Source: Selaginella moellendorffii (Eukaryota; Plantae; Lycopodiophyta). From it: 64,000 nucleotides of DNA. This document shows positions 13,101 to 25,900 of the stretch, in pieces. The DNA is taken from positions 292,181-356,180 of the forward strand of contig NW_003314311.1 in the NCBI RefSeq assembly GCF_000143415.4, in the 5' to 3' direction. The stretch's first letter is position 1. Each line of letters opens with the position of its first letter. The notes under the pieces are model-generated. The model saw nothing but the letters and a program-made list of their open reading frames with translations, had not been told where the DNA came from and made no database searches. The position numbers and the translations under genes were made by a program.

Positions 13101-14450
13101 TTTATCAAGCTTGCAGGGAGGCCTTGCACACGAGGAGTTCTTGATCATGTTCCCTCCAACTTTGGATTTGGCAATGCTTGAAACTGTTGATTGGATCGAT
13201 GTGAATTGCTGTTTTTTTTTATCGTCGGTGGGCTTGAAGACTTGGGGATCGAGCGGAAGAAGCTGCTGGCGGGAGGGGATGCGCTGGGAAACGCCCGTGA
13301 ACCCTAATCCTTGTCAAGCAACAAGACAGACACTGTTTCGAAGACCAAAAAAACGAGAGGAATGCTTCTTCGTTTTTTGTTTCGGAGGGGTTCTCCTCAA
13401 AGAGGAAATCCCCAAAAGAGGGCTGGGTAGCTGGTCTTCGATCCTGCTTGTTAGTAGTTTCACAAAATCGAAAATCCTACATCTAAGTGTGGGGCAGCCG
13501 GGGGCTTCGATTCCCCGACTTCCTCTCGCTTTGGCCGCCTCAACGTACTGTACAAAACAGTAGCGACAGCCCAAAACGAATACTGAGTAGCCACGTTGAG
13601 AATGGGCACCCCACCAGTGTGCATTTTGATGGTTTGAGAAAAAAAAAAACGCCTCCTCCTCCCAGCGCCGCCGCCAACAGCAAACCAGCCCCCTCAAAAC
13701 TTACCCTAAACACTAGCCTTTAGATATATTTCTTAATCCGACGGCTATAAATTGTTTAAGCTACTAAAAAAAGAAACTCATTAAAGTAAATGTGAGGTAA
13801 ATAATAATGACTATTAACTCGTAAAGGTTGAGCAAAGTCTTAATTTTTATTTAAAGGCAAGATCATACACCTTTTCTTTTACCATTTTATTTTTTACCAT
13901 CTATTAATTAATTGAACTCTTGAATGCTAGCATCCGCAGCACTCCAACGAGTTCCATGACGGCATCCTGCGATTTAGAACCAGAGTAACGAAGATTTGAT
14001 GCGCACCCTCGAGGGACAGTTTCATTCCAGCTGATGATTTCTTGGCAAGCAGCCAGAAGAAGCCGGAAGAATGGGAAAGTGAAACCGTTCTCAGTAAGAG
14101 TGTTTCCAGTCGTTTGTAAGCTTGTCTGATGCTCAAAACCTCGCCTGGAGTGCACCTCTCTATCAGCTGCTCAACCGAGTAGAGAGACTCCCGGAACCAG
14201 CCATTCTTCTTGCGAACGCACACAGCAGTCACTGAGTACGAGTTTGGCGTGTAACTCCACAAGGCATTTCTCTAGAATTGGAAAAAACCGACCAAGGATC
14301 ACTCAAGCTTCTTAGAATGTAAGCCTTTCGAGAGCTCCTTCTCCAGAGCAATCACCCGATCTTTCAAATATGTATATGTTCCTGGGAAACAAATGGGTGG
14401 GCACTCGGCGGAAAAAGAAACAAGTGCCTCCAAGTCAGGAAGTTCTTGGC
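10120..14450. repeat. Large diverged fold-back inverted repeat IR3 (arms ~10120-12135 and ~12669-14450)
   Basis: 12061-12135 pairs with 12669-12745, 11100-11800 with 13020-13720 (mirror ORFs 11244-/13111+ and 11134+/13314-), and 10130-10600 with 13940-14450. Confidence 0.85.
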
Positions 14451-14857
14451 GCAGCAGTTTTCGGATTACATCAGTATGGAACTCGAGAGCCGCCACATGC
14501 TTCTTGAGCTCCACAGTATCGAGAAAGCGCATCGCCTTAGGGTTCTTCCGCGCTTTTCAGGGATTTTAGTAATATAATCTGCATGGCCGATTCGCGAATA
14601 TTGTTTTCCTCAGCAAAGTGACAAGGTGAGTGGCAAATGATTGAGAAGTACAAACTCAAGCGACAGTGACGGCCGCGTGTGTACAGTTTCTCTTCTTCCC
14701 CGCAAGAAAAATTCCCTGGAACTGGCTGAAATCAATCTGGTAAGCGAGCTGTTCTTTCTTTCTTTGTTTTCACCCCTAAGTTTTAATGCAATTGCTGTGG
14801 TCCTAGGTGCGAGCAACAGAGTCTTTCCCCAACAAGATGCACTTCACATTTGCAAAT
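13684..14857 (+). repeat. Segmental duplication copy B, left part (interrupted by the LTR array)
   Basis: Near-identical to 1-1174; ends in TSD CAAAT at 14853-14857. Confidence 0.92.
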
Positions 14858-16006
14858 TGTAGCGCACGTGGTTTTGACCCTTTATCCTATGGTGATTTAC
14901 CATAGGATAACACCACGAAGCGGAACCTAAACCCTCTTTGTGCCACGTGACAGATGCCACGTGTCACATGCCACGTGTCCATGCCACGTGTCCACAGGAA
15001 CCCGAGGTTCAGGGCCTTGGGCCACTGAACGAAGGAACAGTGCCAAACTCCCAAGCATGGAGTCAAGGAGTGACAGAACCGAACCACGGAGCAACTCCCG
15101 AGCATAAAGCCCAAGGAGCGTAGGGACAAGAGCCCGGAGCGACTTGGAATTGTACTGGAGCAACCAGCATCCCAATGCCAGGACCAACACACAAAACGGA
15201 GCCAAACGGAGTCTGGCGCTATTTCGGCATACCGGTGGCCTAACGTGAGGATATGGGTACTCCACCAACTAGCATGGAATGGAACTTGGGCTTAGACCCA
15301 AGCCGGACGCAGAACAAGGACAGGCACGCAAATGGGAGCTAGATTATGCCTCAGGTTGGTCGGCCATGCCCGACCTACCCACTATCCCTACTATACATTT
15401 GGAACCCCCCACAGCCCCCCCCCCCCTTGAGGAACACACGCTTTGGGCTTTCACCCCAAGCCTCCCTTAGTATCAGGAGTTAGTCTCTGGGACAAGCTCA
15501 AAACTTACTAAATATGGAATGTCTTTAGATTGCGAATTTGGACACGGGACGAACACCATTGTGTTCAGGACAATCTTTACATTCCATAGATATACCAAAT
15601 AAGCAAATCTAGACACTTTCCATAAATAGCATTTGGGACCGAAATGAGACTAACACAAAGGGCATGATAGCGAGGGTGTTTGGCAGACACTGTAAGCTAT
15701 CATATAGCGATATTGAGGGACCAATCTCAATACGCGAGGGTTCTTGTCAAGCCAGTGCAAGACAGAGCAAAAGAGAACTAACAAGCCAGGCCAAGTATGC
15801 TTGGCTGAATAGACACTTAGGAATTCCGTCCTTATGCTCATCCGGCCAAGTACAGATGCAAAGTCCAGTTTACTAACACTTGAACAAGAGGGGCTGATAA
15901 AAGGAACCAGCAATACCGACCTTCTGCCATCGTGGCAGTAAGGTAAGAGTGTCCGTAAGGACTAGCTGACAAGTAACTTTCGATACCCGAAGTCACATTC
16001 GCGACA
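14858..16006 (-). repeat. LTR1 (type A; 3' LTR of first non-autonomous unit)
   Basis: TG...CA termini; followed on + by CTCTCCCCCCCTT, the reverse complement of the polypurine tract. Confidence 0.9.
14941..14993. promoter_or_regulatory. Tandem G-box/ABRE-like array (4x TGCCACGTG) in type-A LTR
   Basis: TGCCACGTGACAGATGCCACGTGTCACATGCCACGTGTCCATGCCACGTGTCC; also present in LTR2 (4+3 copies) and LTR3 (3 copies). Function not shown. Confidence 0.5.
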
Positions 16007-19000
16007 CTCTCCCCCCCTTGGGAAGATCGACGTCCTCGTCGATGCATACTCTAGTCTAGAATACCACCAAGGAAACAACTCCAGAAAAAGTTCACGGTAC
16101 TCACACTATGTGAGAAATGCACCAACTTAAATGAGTTAGGGGTAACCTCTTTGTCTAACGCGGATGCGCTACCAGCTCAGACACCTTCCGGCCATCACCG
16201 ACAAGGAAATGACCAACAGAAATAGCCACCCTTGCTGCTCTGGGAGTCACCCAACTTACAAAAGTGTGATACACCCCTGCCCGCAGGGATATAGAGAGAG
16301 AAGCCAGAGGCCCCAACCCTCCTGAGCAAAGAAACCAAACCCATCGATAAGGTTTAGATAGACTACTGTAAACAGGCAGTTAGAGTTGTTTACACGGTCA
16401 CGCCCTTTTAATGGAATAAGGAACATCGACAGAGAGGCGGGTTATGTGACCAGTCGACAGTAGCTACCCCATGACTAAAGATTTCACCATGCACACGAAG
16501 TGCCGAAGCCAGTCTGCCTATACTGGCCCAAACTCAAAGATCAATAGATGGACAATATCAAAGTCATAAACAATGATATCTTAGAGACTTAATTATCAGT
16601 GAATATATCTTAGATTAGAACACAAAAGTATTCCAAGTAAGTTATCTTCCGATAAACTAGTAGTATAGTACAGGAACCACCAAGATCAGAATGGGTGGAA
16701 AACATAGGATTGACCATCCAACAAAATTCAATAGCAAGTATATCATCAAGGAAACTGAATGATGAAACTTAACTACTGAAGATGGCAGATAGTAAGCTGA
16801 CAACTTACTAGAGATAACTCAAAGAACACAAAGTATCATTGACTGACAAGCAAAATGCTCGCGAATGTATCACCTAAAGGAAATAACATCCAAATCTATC
16901 AAAACTAACTCGAGCAACAATCAACAGAAGAGAATGAATGCGGTAAGACCAACAAACACTCATTCCTACCAACTATCACAAAAGCCAATCTGAATAGATC
17001 CCAGCCAACAATAGTAAGGAACTCAAGTTGCTTAAGCAAGTGTTAGCAACATCCTACTGATGTCTCAAACCCAAGAGACCAATCCAAAGCAAATCACAAA
17101 AAATATGTGATATTGCAAAAAGCCAAAAGCCATCAAAGAGAATAACTAACCATCATGAAAGATCATTAATCATCCTATCAATAAAGAAATGCATAATCAT
17201 CATCGAAGAAAGAATCTACCATCCCGAAGAACAGCAAATCATTCTATACCAACAATAATCAAACAAAACTCTTGACAAGGATAATCAACTATCTTAGATG
17301 ATAGTCAATCATCACCAATGATTGTTAGATGCAAATACTAATGTCAACATCGAAGCTAATGAGCCAAAATGCCTTCCCCCAACAACTCCTAACAAATGGA
17401 ACAATGAGCATGAAAACTCAAAGAACCAAAAGCTCGAAGAAGTCTATAGCTAAGTTTTTGCTTAACAATGATCACGAGTCTCGCATGAACTAATGTCAAT
17501 GCTAAAGAAGAAATCATGGTATAACCCATAATATTCTCCTTAACACATCCATAAGCTAAACTTCATAATGCCAAAGCTAATGAAGAGCATGTCTGCATCA
17601 ACCCAAAAGCTAAGTATAATGAAGCTATGCTCAACAAGTGATCACCAAACGATCCTCCATGAATCCATCTATAGCAAGACGTAACTCACTTCATAACAAG
17701 CACAAGAAGAATCATCAATGTTCGATATATTCCAACTCAAATCCAATAAGGATTCAAACATTCCAATATCAATCACTAACTCTTCCGCTTGTAGAGTTAG
17801 CATAGTTCACGACTAAATCACTTTTCAAGGATAAGCCAAAACTCAACCCCTACTAAATAACCTCGTCTAAAACACAACTAACTCAAACTTGCCACTCCGC
17901 TTGTTTGAACGTCAACACAGTTGCTAACTAGCAAATGCACGAATGCTAATAACTCAAAGCTATAGCCAAATCATCGACACTATCTTCATCAAAATTAATG
18001 AAACTCGACATCAATCTTGCGGAGAGACATCTCATTTCACTGAAATCTCAACATCAACAATGTCAACGACAAGGCATCACTTCAGTGCCACCAACACTAG
18101 AACAAAGCTAGAAGAAAGCATGAGTGTATCACCACTCAAAGCTCTCTAGCAACCAAGCTAACCAAAGTCGGAGATACTTTATTCAGTATTCGAGACCAAT
18201 TCTTCAACATTACTCAGGTACGGATAACACATCATCAAGGAGTGATTCACCACGTCCAAACTCAATGAAATCCAACACCACGAACTAAACGCAACTGTAA
18301 GCTCCTGAGTTTGGACTTCCCGGGAGGTCACCCAGCCCAGTACTATTCAAACCCAAGGACGCTTAACTCCAACTATCCCAAGACCCTTAACCGATTGGAA
18401 AAGTGGGTTGCACTCTTATTCATGGGCCCTTTCTCTCTATATTTGAACCCCATGGATCGTCTCTCAAGTCGTTCCCTTTAGTTGCTTACAATCCACCACG
18501 CTTCCCTGCAAGTTCACGCCCTCGTGAACAGAAGCTGAGAGCCACAGCTCTCCCGAGAGCCCCGCTCTCTTGACACCCTACCCCTCGGGTCGAGCCCAGC
18601 GGGAGCAAACTGGACCAACCAGATGTCAATCAACATGTGGTGTGATTCCCTTAGCCAACCAACAGAGTCGGACCTGAGACCTCTCTAATACCAAATGTAA
18701 ACTCCTGAGTTTGGACTTCCCGGGAGGTCGCCCAGCCCAGTACTATTCAAACCCAAGGACGCTTAACTCCAACTATCCCAAGACCCTTAACCGATTGGAA
18801 AAGGGGGTGCACTCTTATTCATGGGCCCTTTCCCTCTATATTTGAACCCCATGGATCGTCTCTCAAGTCGTTCCCTTTAGTTGCTTACAGCAACCAAATG
18901 ATATCAACAGAGGTAGAGTCGACATCCCAACATGGAAAACCTATGTAAGTCTAACGACACGATCCTCCGCAACACCATCCGATAAAGCAAGCCTATCACT

Positions 19001-21589
19001 GCTAAATTATCATCGAGTGAAGCAAGTGTCAACAATCTTTGACAAAGTCTACAAGCAATCACTAGTTGCAAGGCAACTAACAATCACTCTTCAACTTACC
19101 TTCACAAGACCCAAACACTAACTCTTGTCATCAAGTCATATACTTGTCCAACATGAACGTGATACCCCAGGTACGAGATAAAAGTTCATAGACAAGCACA
19201 AACTAAATGACCACTCAAATCCAACTCAACCGCAATAAGCTCACTTAGACATTTAGCCACTAGCTCTGAGCATGCCTTGAAGAGGCTAGTTATGCATGAT
19301 CAACACTCAGTCGAAACTAAAGTGAAAACCAAGAGATGGACTCATATCGGTACACAACCTCCTCATAGACAAAGCTATAGTATGGGTACCAACATCTCAA
19401 CCTTAAACAACTAAATTGAACATCACCATCATTAGCCAAGGTGCAGGGCCACCAAGACCAAGTCAAGATCAGTGAGAGCTCACTACTCTCATAGAGTCTA
19501 ACGAAATGCGAAGTGCAACCTGCCACCAAGCATAACGCTACAAAAGAAAGGCACAAGGGTCACCTTTCTAGAAAAGTGCAACGGCCACTTTTCTACATTA
19601 ACTCCAGACTCTATCCAACTCAATTGCCTTAGCCCCAAAAGTTAGCATCCCTTTTGGGCTGCATCATACAAACTACCTACTAAGGTGTAAGCCAACCGAA
19701 GTTAACTCCAACCCCTTCACTAGTTTGTATTGGCTTACGAAAACGGAATGGTTTTCGAGCAAAGTGACCAACAGATCAGCCATTGGAAAAGTCTAAGAAA
19801 ATTTGTGGAAAATCTCCATCCTAGAGAAAGAATGACTCTCAGTCCAGGAATACAAACTTTCAAGACTCAACCAACTTCCTCCTACTTAACAACTTCACAT
19901 AGGCTCACCTCAACACAAATTCTCATGACCCATAGTATGCTTAAGCTTTGAACATCTTTTTGCCCATACTTCCGATATCCAACACTGACATCCGTAAAGA
20001 TGCAAAATGAACACCCAAGGCTTGATCACGAAGACCACATCTTCGGATATCCACATTGCACTAACACTCTTCTTCAACCACTTTCAAGATCCAATGTGAA
20101 GCCAAAAACACGAACAAGAAAAATGACATGGAAAATCAAGCTCTAAGGAAAACTCCTCATCACTTGAAATAATTATGCCACTTCTACTAACACAAGTGTT
20201 AGTAATGTCAATGTTTCAACCTCACACCTTCTCTATCCAACAATCTACTCCAAGTGTTAACGGATCAATTAATGAGCTATAGCAAATGAATGCTACAACC
20301 CTTTCCAACACTTTATGGGCAAACCCTCAAGGAAATAAGGAACCAACTTAAGCTTAGCATAATAGACCACCATCGAGAATCCAGTCAAAGCTACTACAAT
20401 GCTACTTCGTGCAAGTAGACTAGCTTCACTATCAACCACTTTGGGGTTGATCATCATTTAACCAACAACTTCGTAAACACATTGCTCATTATCACATGGA
20501 TATGATATAGAAATCACAATGACTTGATTATCAATTGAGCAACACAACGAGCAATGCCAATGTCATTACTTCAAAGGTTTATATGAGCATCAAGTGCAAA
20601 CTCGATTCGACAAAATGCAACATAAATGCCACACTCCACCGATAGAAACTTACAACACTGAACACCACCAACTTTTGTTCATAACACGGACAAGCTCATG
20701 CCACTCACTTTCCGACTAAACTCAAAACTTAACCCAAGACCAAGCTACCCAAGGAGCAATAGCTAGGTTCCTCGGAAAAGAATTGAGCATTGTAACCCAA
20801 GTCTTCCAATAGCAAGCCTAGACAAAATGGTATAACGTTTCACCGCTATCCATCCCACAACTCACTATTTGTAAGACCATCATCTCCAACATGCATCAAG
20901 ATAGGGACTCTTGATTGCATAATGTGAACACGAGCAATGAGTCACATCTCGTTGCAAATCATCTCTCCAAGAAGAGAAGATGATTTACGTGTTTGATCCT
21001 TCATCCCCGACGACTCTCTTTTCGGTCTCATCTTTGACTAAACCTCAAGCTTGCTTTCGCACTGCCTTCAATCCAATCCAAGAAAGTTTATGAGAGAGCA
21101 CGGCAATGATTAATTGAACCAATAGACTAATCCCTATAGTCTTGATTAATCCACTTGTAACCATGCCTAGGAAGGATCCACTAGTGCCGTGCTAAACAGC
21201 TACGGACTAGCCTATTTACCACTCATAGCAAACCTAGGGAAAGTTTGCTTTCACCCACGGTACATGAAACAACTCATGGAACTATCGATAAGCTAACATT
21301 AATCCTGCCAACTCAAAGTGTAACCTTGAGTTGCTAATGTGCCTCACTCACGAGCCCAAGCAAAAACTCGTGCAAACGAAACAACTCAATCCATCTTATG
21401 AGCCCAAGAGCAAGCTCACAGAATATGGTGCAACAAGGTAACCAAATCCATACCCAAGGAACAATTGCGAAGCCTTTGCACCAAACGTGTACCCACTTGG
21501 ATCATCGTTTTCATCTCTGCGTATGCAACGAGACTAGTTGCCCAATCTCATTGAATAGTACTCGTTGAGACTCATCCTCTGATACCAAA
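16007..21589 (-). mobile_element. Non-autonomous (LARD-like) internal region 1, no long ORF; PPT at 16007-16019, iMet-type PBS at ~21576-21587
   Basis: CCTCTGATACCA (reverse complement TGGTATCAGAGG) is adjacent to LTR2. Colinear with 22912-27898. Confidence 0.85.
18296..18889 (-). mobile_element. Cassandra-type TRIM with 5S rRNA-like sequence in both ~195-bp LTRs (18296-18490, 18696-18889); TSD GCAAC
   Basis: LTRs run TGTAA...TTACA. GCAAC at 18291-18295 and 18890-18894; empty site at 25197-25201; PBS TGGTATTAGAG. The minus strand reads GAGTTAAGCGTCCTTGGGTTTGAATAGTACTGGGCTGGGTGACCTCCCGGGAAGTCC, matching the plant 5S rRNA A-box/IE/C-box region. Confidence 0.92.
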
Positions 21590-22911
21590 TGTAGCGCACG
21601 TGGTTTTGACCCTTTATCCTATGGTGATTTACCATAGGATAACACCACGAAGCGGAACCTAAACCCTCTTTGTGCCACGTGACAGATGCCACGTGTCACA
21701 TGCCACGTGTCCATGCCACGTGTCCATAGGAACCCGAGGTTCAGGGCCTTGGGCCACTGAACAAAGGAACGGTGCCAAACTGTAGCGCACGTGGTTTTGA
21801 CCCTTTATCCTATGGTGATTTACCATAGGATAACACCATGAAGCGGAACCTAAACCCTCTTTGTGCCACGTGACAGATGCCACGTGTCACATGCCACGTG
21901 TCCATAGGAACCCAAAGTTCAGGGCCTTGGGCCACTGAACGAAGGAACGGTGCCAAACTCCCAAGCATGGAGCCAAGGAGTGACGGAACCGAACCACGAA
22001 GCAACTCCCGAGCATAAAGCCCAAGGAGCGAAGGGACAGGAGCCCAGAGCGACTTGGAACAGTCCTAGAGTAACCAGCATCTCAATGCCAGGACCAGCAC
22101 GCAAAACGGAGCCAAACGGAGTCTGGCGTTATTTCGGCATACCGGTGGCCTAACGCGAGAACATGGGTACTCCACCAGCTAGCATGGAATGGAACTTGGG
22201 CTTAGACCCAAGCCGGACGCAGAACAAGGACAGGCACGCAAGCGGGAGCTAGACTATGCCTCAAGTTGGTCGGCCATGCCCGACCTACCCACTATCCCTA
22301 CTATACATTTGGAACCCCCCACAGCCCCCCCCCTTTGAGGAACACACGCTTTGGGCTTTCACCCCAAGCCTCCCTTAGTATCAGGAGTTAGTCTCTAGGA
22401 CAAGCTCGAAACTTACTAAATATGGAATGTCCTTAGATTGCGAATTTGGACATGGGATGAACACCATTGTGTTTAGGCCGATCTCTACATTCCGTAGATA
22501 TGCCAAATGAGCAAATCTGGACACTTTCCATAAATAGCATTTGGGACCGAAATGAAACTAACACAAAGGGCATGATAGCGAGGGTGTTTGGCAAACACGG
22601 TAAACTATCATCTAGCGAATATTGAAGGACCAATCTCAATATCACGGGGGTTCCCAACATTAGCAAGTGCAAGTCAACGAATGAGTTTCTTTAACCAGGT
22701 CAAGTATGCTTGACAAATAGCACGTAGGAATTCCGTCCTTATACCCATCTGGTCAAGTGCACACGTGAAGACCAGTTTCTCAACTAGCTTAGGTGGAGAC
22801 TGATAATGGGCCCAGCAATACCGACCTCCTGCCATCGTGGCAGTAAGGTAAGAGTGTCCATAAGGACTAGCCGACAGGTAACTTTCGATACCTGAAGTCA
22901 CATTCGCGACA
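21590..22911 (-). repeat. LTR2 (type-A variant shared by two units), with a tandem duplication of its first ~191 bp
   Basis: TGTAGCGCACGTGG at both 21590 and 21781; ends GCGACA at 22911. Flanked by PBS on the left and PPT on the right. Confidence 0.88.
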
Positions 22912-25900
22912 CTTTCCCCCCCTTGGGAAGATCGACGTCCTCGTCGATGCATACTCGAGTCTAGAATACCGCCAAGGAAACAACTCCAGAAAAAGTTCAC
23001 GGTACTCACACTATGTGAGAAATGCACTAACTTAAATGAGTTAGGGGGCAACCTCTTTGTCTAACGCGAATGCGCTACCAGCTCAGACACTTTCCGGCCG
23101 TCGCCGACAAGGAAATGACCAACAGAGTTAGCCACCCTTGCTGCTTTGGGTGTCACCCAGCTTACAAAAGTGTGATATGCCCTGCCCGCAGAGACATAGA
23201 GAGAGAAGCTAGAGGCCCCAACCCTCCTAAGCAAAGAAACCAAACCCGTCGGTAAAGTTTAGATAGACTACTGTAAACAGGCAGTTAGAGTTGTTTACAC
23301 GGTCACGCCCTTTTAACGGAATAAAGAACATCGATAGAGAGGCGGGTTATGTGACCAGTCGATAGTAGCTACCCCATGACTAGAGATTTCAACATGCACA
23401 CGAAGTGCCGAAGCTAGTCTGCCTATACTGGCCCAAACTCAAAGATCAATACATGGATAATATCAAAGTCATAGACAAGGATATCTTAGAGACTTAATTA
23501 TCAGTGAACATATCTTAGATTAGAACACAAAAGTATTCCAAGCAAGTTATCATCTGATAAACTAGTATTATAGGATAGGAACCACCAAGATCATTATAAA
23601 TGGTAAACATAGGAATCACCATCCAACAAAATTCAATAGCAAGTATATCATCAAGGAAACTTAATGATGAAACTTAACTACTAAAGATGGTAGATAGTAT
23701 GCCAAACAATTTACTAAAGATAACTCAAAGAACACAAAGTATCATCAACTGACAAGCACATTGCTCGCGAATGTATCACCCGAAAGAAATAACATCCCAA
23801 TCTATCAGAACTAACCCGAGGTATGGTCAACAAAACAGAATGAATGTGGCAAGACCAACAAACATTCATTCATGCCAACTATCGCACTAGTCAATCTGAA
23901 TAGATCCCAGTCAACAATACAAAGAAACGCAAGTTGCTTAAGCAAGTGTCAGCAACATCCTATCGATATCTCAAACCCAAAAGACCAATCCAGAGCAAAC
24001 CACAAAGAATATGTGGTATTGCAAAAAAGCCAAAAGCTATCAAAGAGAACAACTAACCACCATAAAAGATCATCAATCATCCTATCAATAGAGAAATGCA
24101 TAATCATCATCAAAGAAAAAATCTACTATCCCGAAGAATAGCAAATCATTCTAGACCAACAATAATCAAGAAAAACTCTTGACAAGGATAATCAACTATC
24201 TTAGATGATAGTCAATCATCACCAATGATTGCTAAATGCAAATACTAACGTCAACATCGAAGCTAATGAGCCAAAATGCCTTCCCTCAACAACTCCTAAC
24301 AAATGGAACAATGAGCATGAAAACTCAAATAACCAAAAGCTCGAAGAAGTCTATAGCCAAATCTTGCCTAATAATGATCACGAGTCTTGCATGGACTAAC
24401 GTCAATGCTAAAGAAGAAATCATGGTACAACCCACAATATCCTCCTCAACACATCTATAAGCTAAACTTCATAATGCAAAGCTAATGAAGAGCATGTCTG
24501 CATCAATCTAAAAGCTAAGCATAACAAAGCTATGCTCAACAAGTGATTACCAAATGATCCTCCATGAATCCATCTATAGCAAGACGTAACTCACTTCATA
24601 ACAAGCACAATAAGAATCATCAAGGATCAATATATCCCAGCTCAAATCCAACAAGGATTTGATCACTTCCATATTAATCACTAACTCTTCCACTTGTAGA
24701 GTTAGCATAGTTCACGACTGAATCACTTTTCAAGGAAAAGCCAAAGCTCAACCCCTACTAAATAATCTCGTCTAGAACACAACTAACTCAAACTTGCCAC
24801 TCAGTTCATTTGAACGTCAACATAGTTGCTAACTAGCAAATGCGCGAATGTTAATAACACAAAGCTATAACCAAATCATCAACACTATCTTCATCGAGAG
24901 CAATGAAACTCAATATCAATCCTAATGATAGATATATCATCTCACTTGAATCTCAACATCAATAATATCAATGACAAGGCATCACTTCAATGCCATCAAC
25001 ATCAGAACAAAGCTAAAAGAAAGCAAGAGTGAATCACCACTCAAAACTTTCTTGCAACCAAGCTAACCAAAGTCGAAGATACTTTAGTCAGTATCCGAGA
25101 CTACTTCTTCAACATTACTCAGGTACAGATAACACTTCCTCAAGGAGTGCATCACCACGTCCAAGACTCAATGAAATCCAACACTATGAACTAAACGCAA
25201 CCAAATGATATCAACAGAGGTAGAGTCGACATGCCAACATGGAAACCCATGTAAGTCTAATGACATGATCTTCTACAACACCATCTGGTAAACTAAGCCC
25301 ACCACTGCTAAATCTTCATCGAGTGAAGCAAGTATCAGAGGTCTTTTGACGAAGTCTACAAGCAATCACTAGTCGCAAAGCAACCAACAATCACTATTCA
25401 ACTTGCCTTCACAAGACCCAAACACTAAACTCACGCCACTAAGTAATATGCTTGGCCAACATGAACATAATACCCCAGGTAGGAGATAAAAGTTCATAGA
25501 CAAGCAGAAACTAAATGACCACTCGAATCCAATTCAATCGCAATAAGCTCACCAAAACATTTAGCCACTAGCTCTGAGCATGCCTTGAAGAGGCTAACTA
25601 CACATGATCAACACTAAGTCGAAACTCAAGTGAAGACCATGAGATGGACTCATGTCGGTACACAACCTCCACTTAGACAAAGCTATAGTATGGGTACCAA
25701 CATCTCACCGCAAACAACTAAGTTGGACATCACCATCCTCAGCCAAGGCGCAAAGCTACCAAGACTAAGTCAAGATCAGTGAGAGCTCACTACTCTCATA
25801 GAGTCTAACAAAATGCAGGGTGCAACCTGCCACCAAGCATAATGCTACAAAAGAAAGGCACAAAAGTCACCCTTCTTAGAAAAGTGCAACGGCCACTTTT

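Noticed and set aside
11096-13723. Mirror-image ORFs of 80-150 aa
   Set aside because: Explained by the inverted repeat IR3; no protein family recognised.
18313-18369. 5S rRNA gene
   Set aside because: Only ~57 bp of the internal promoter region, duplicated within TRIM LTRs; not a full ~120-nt gene.
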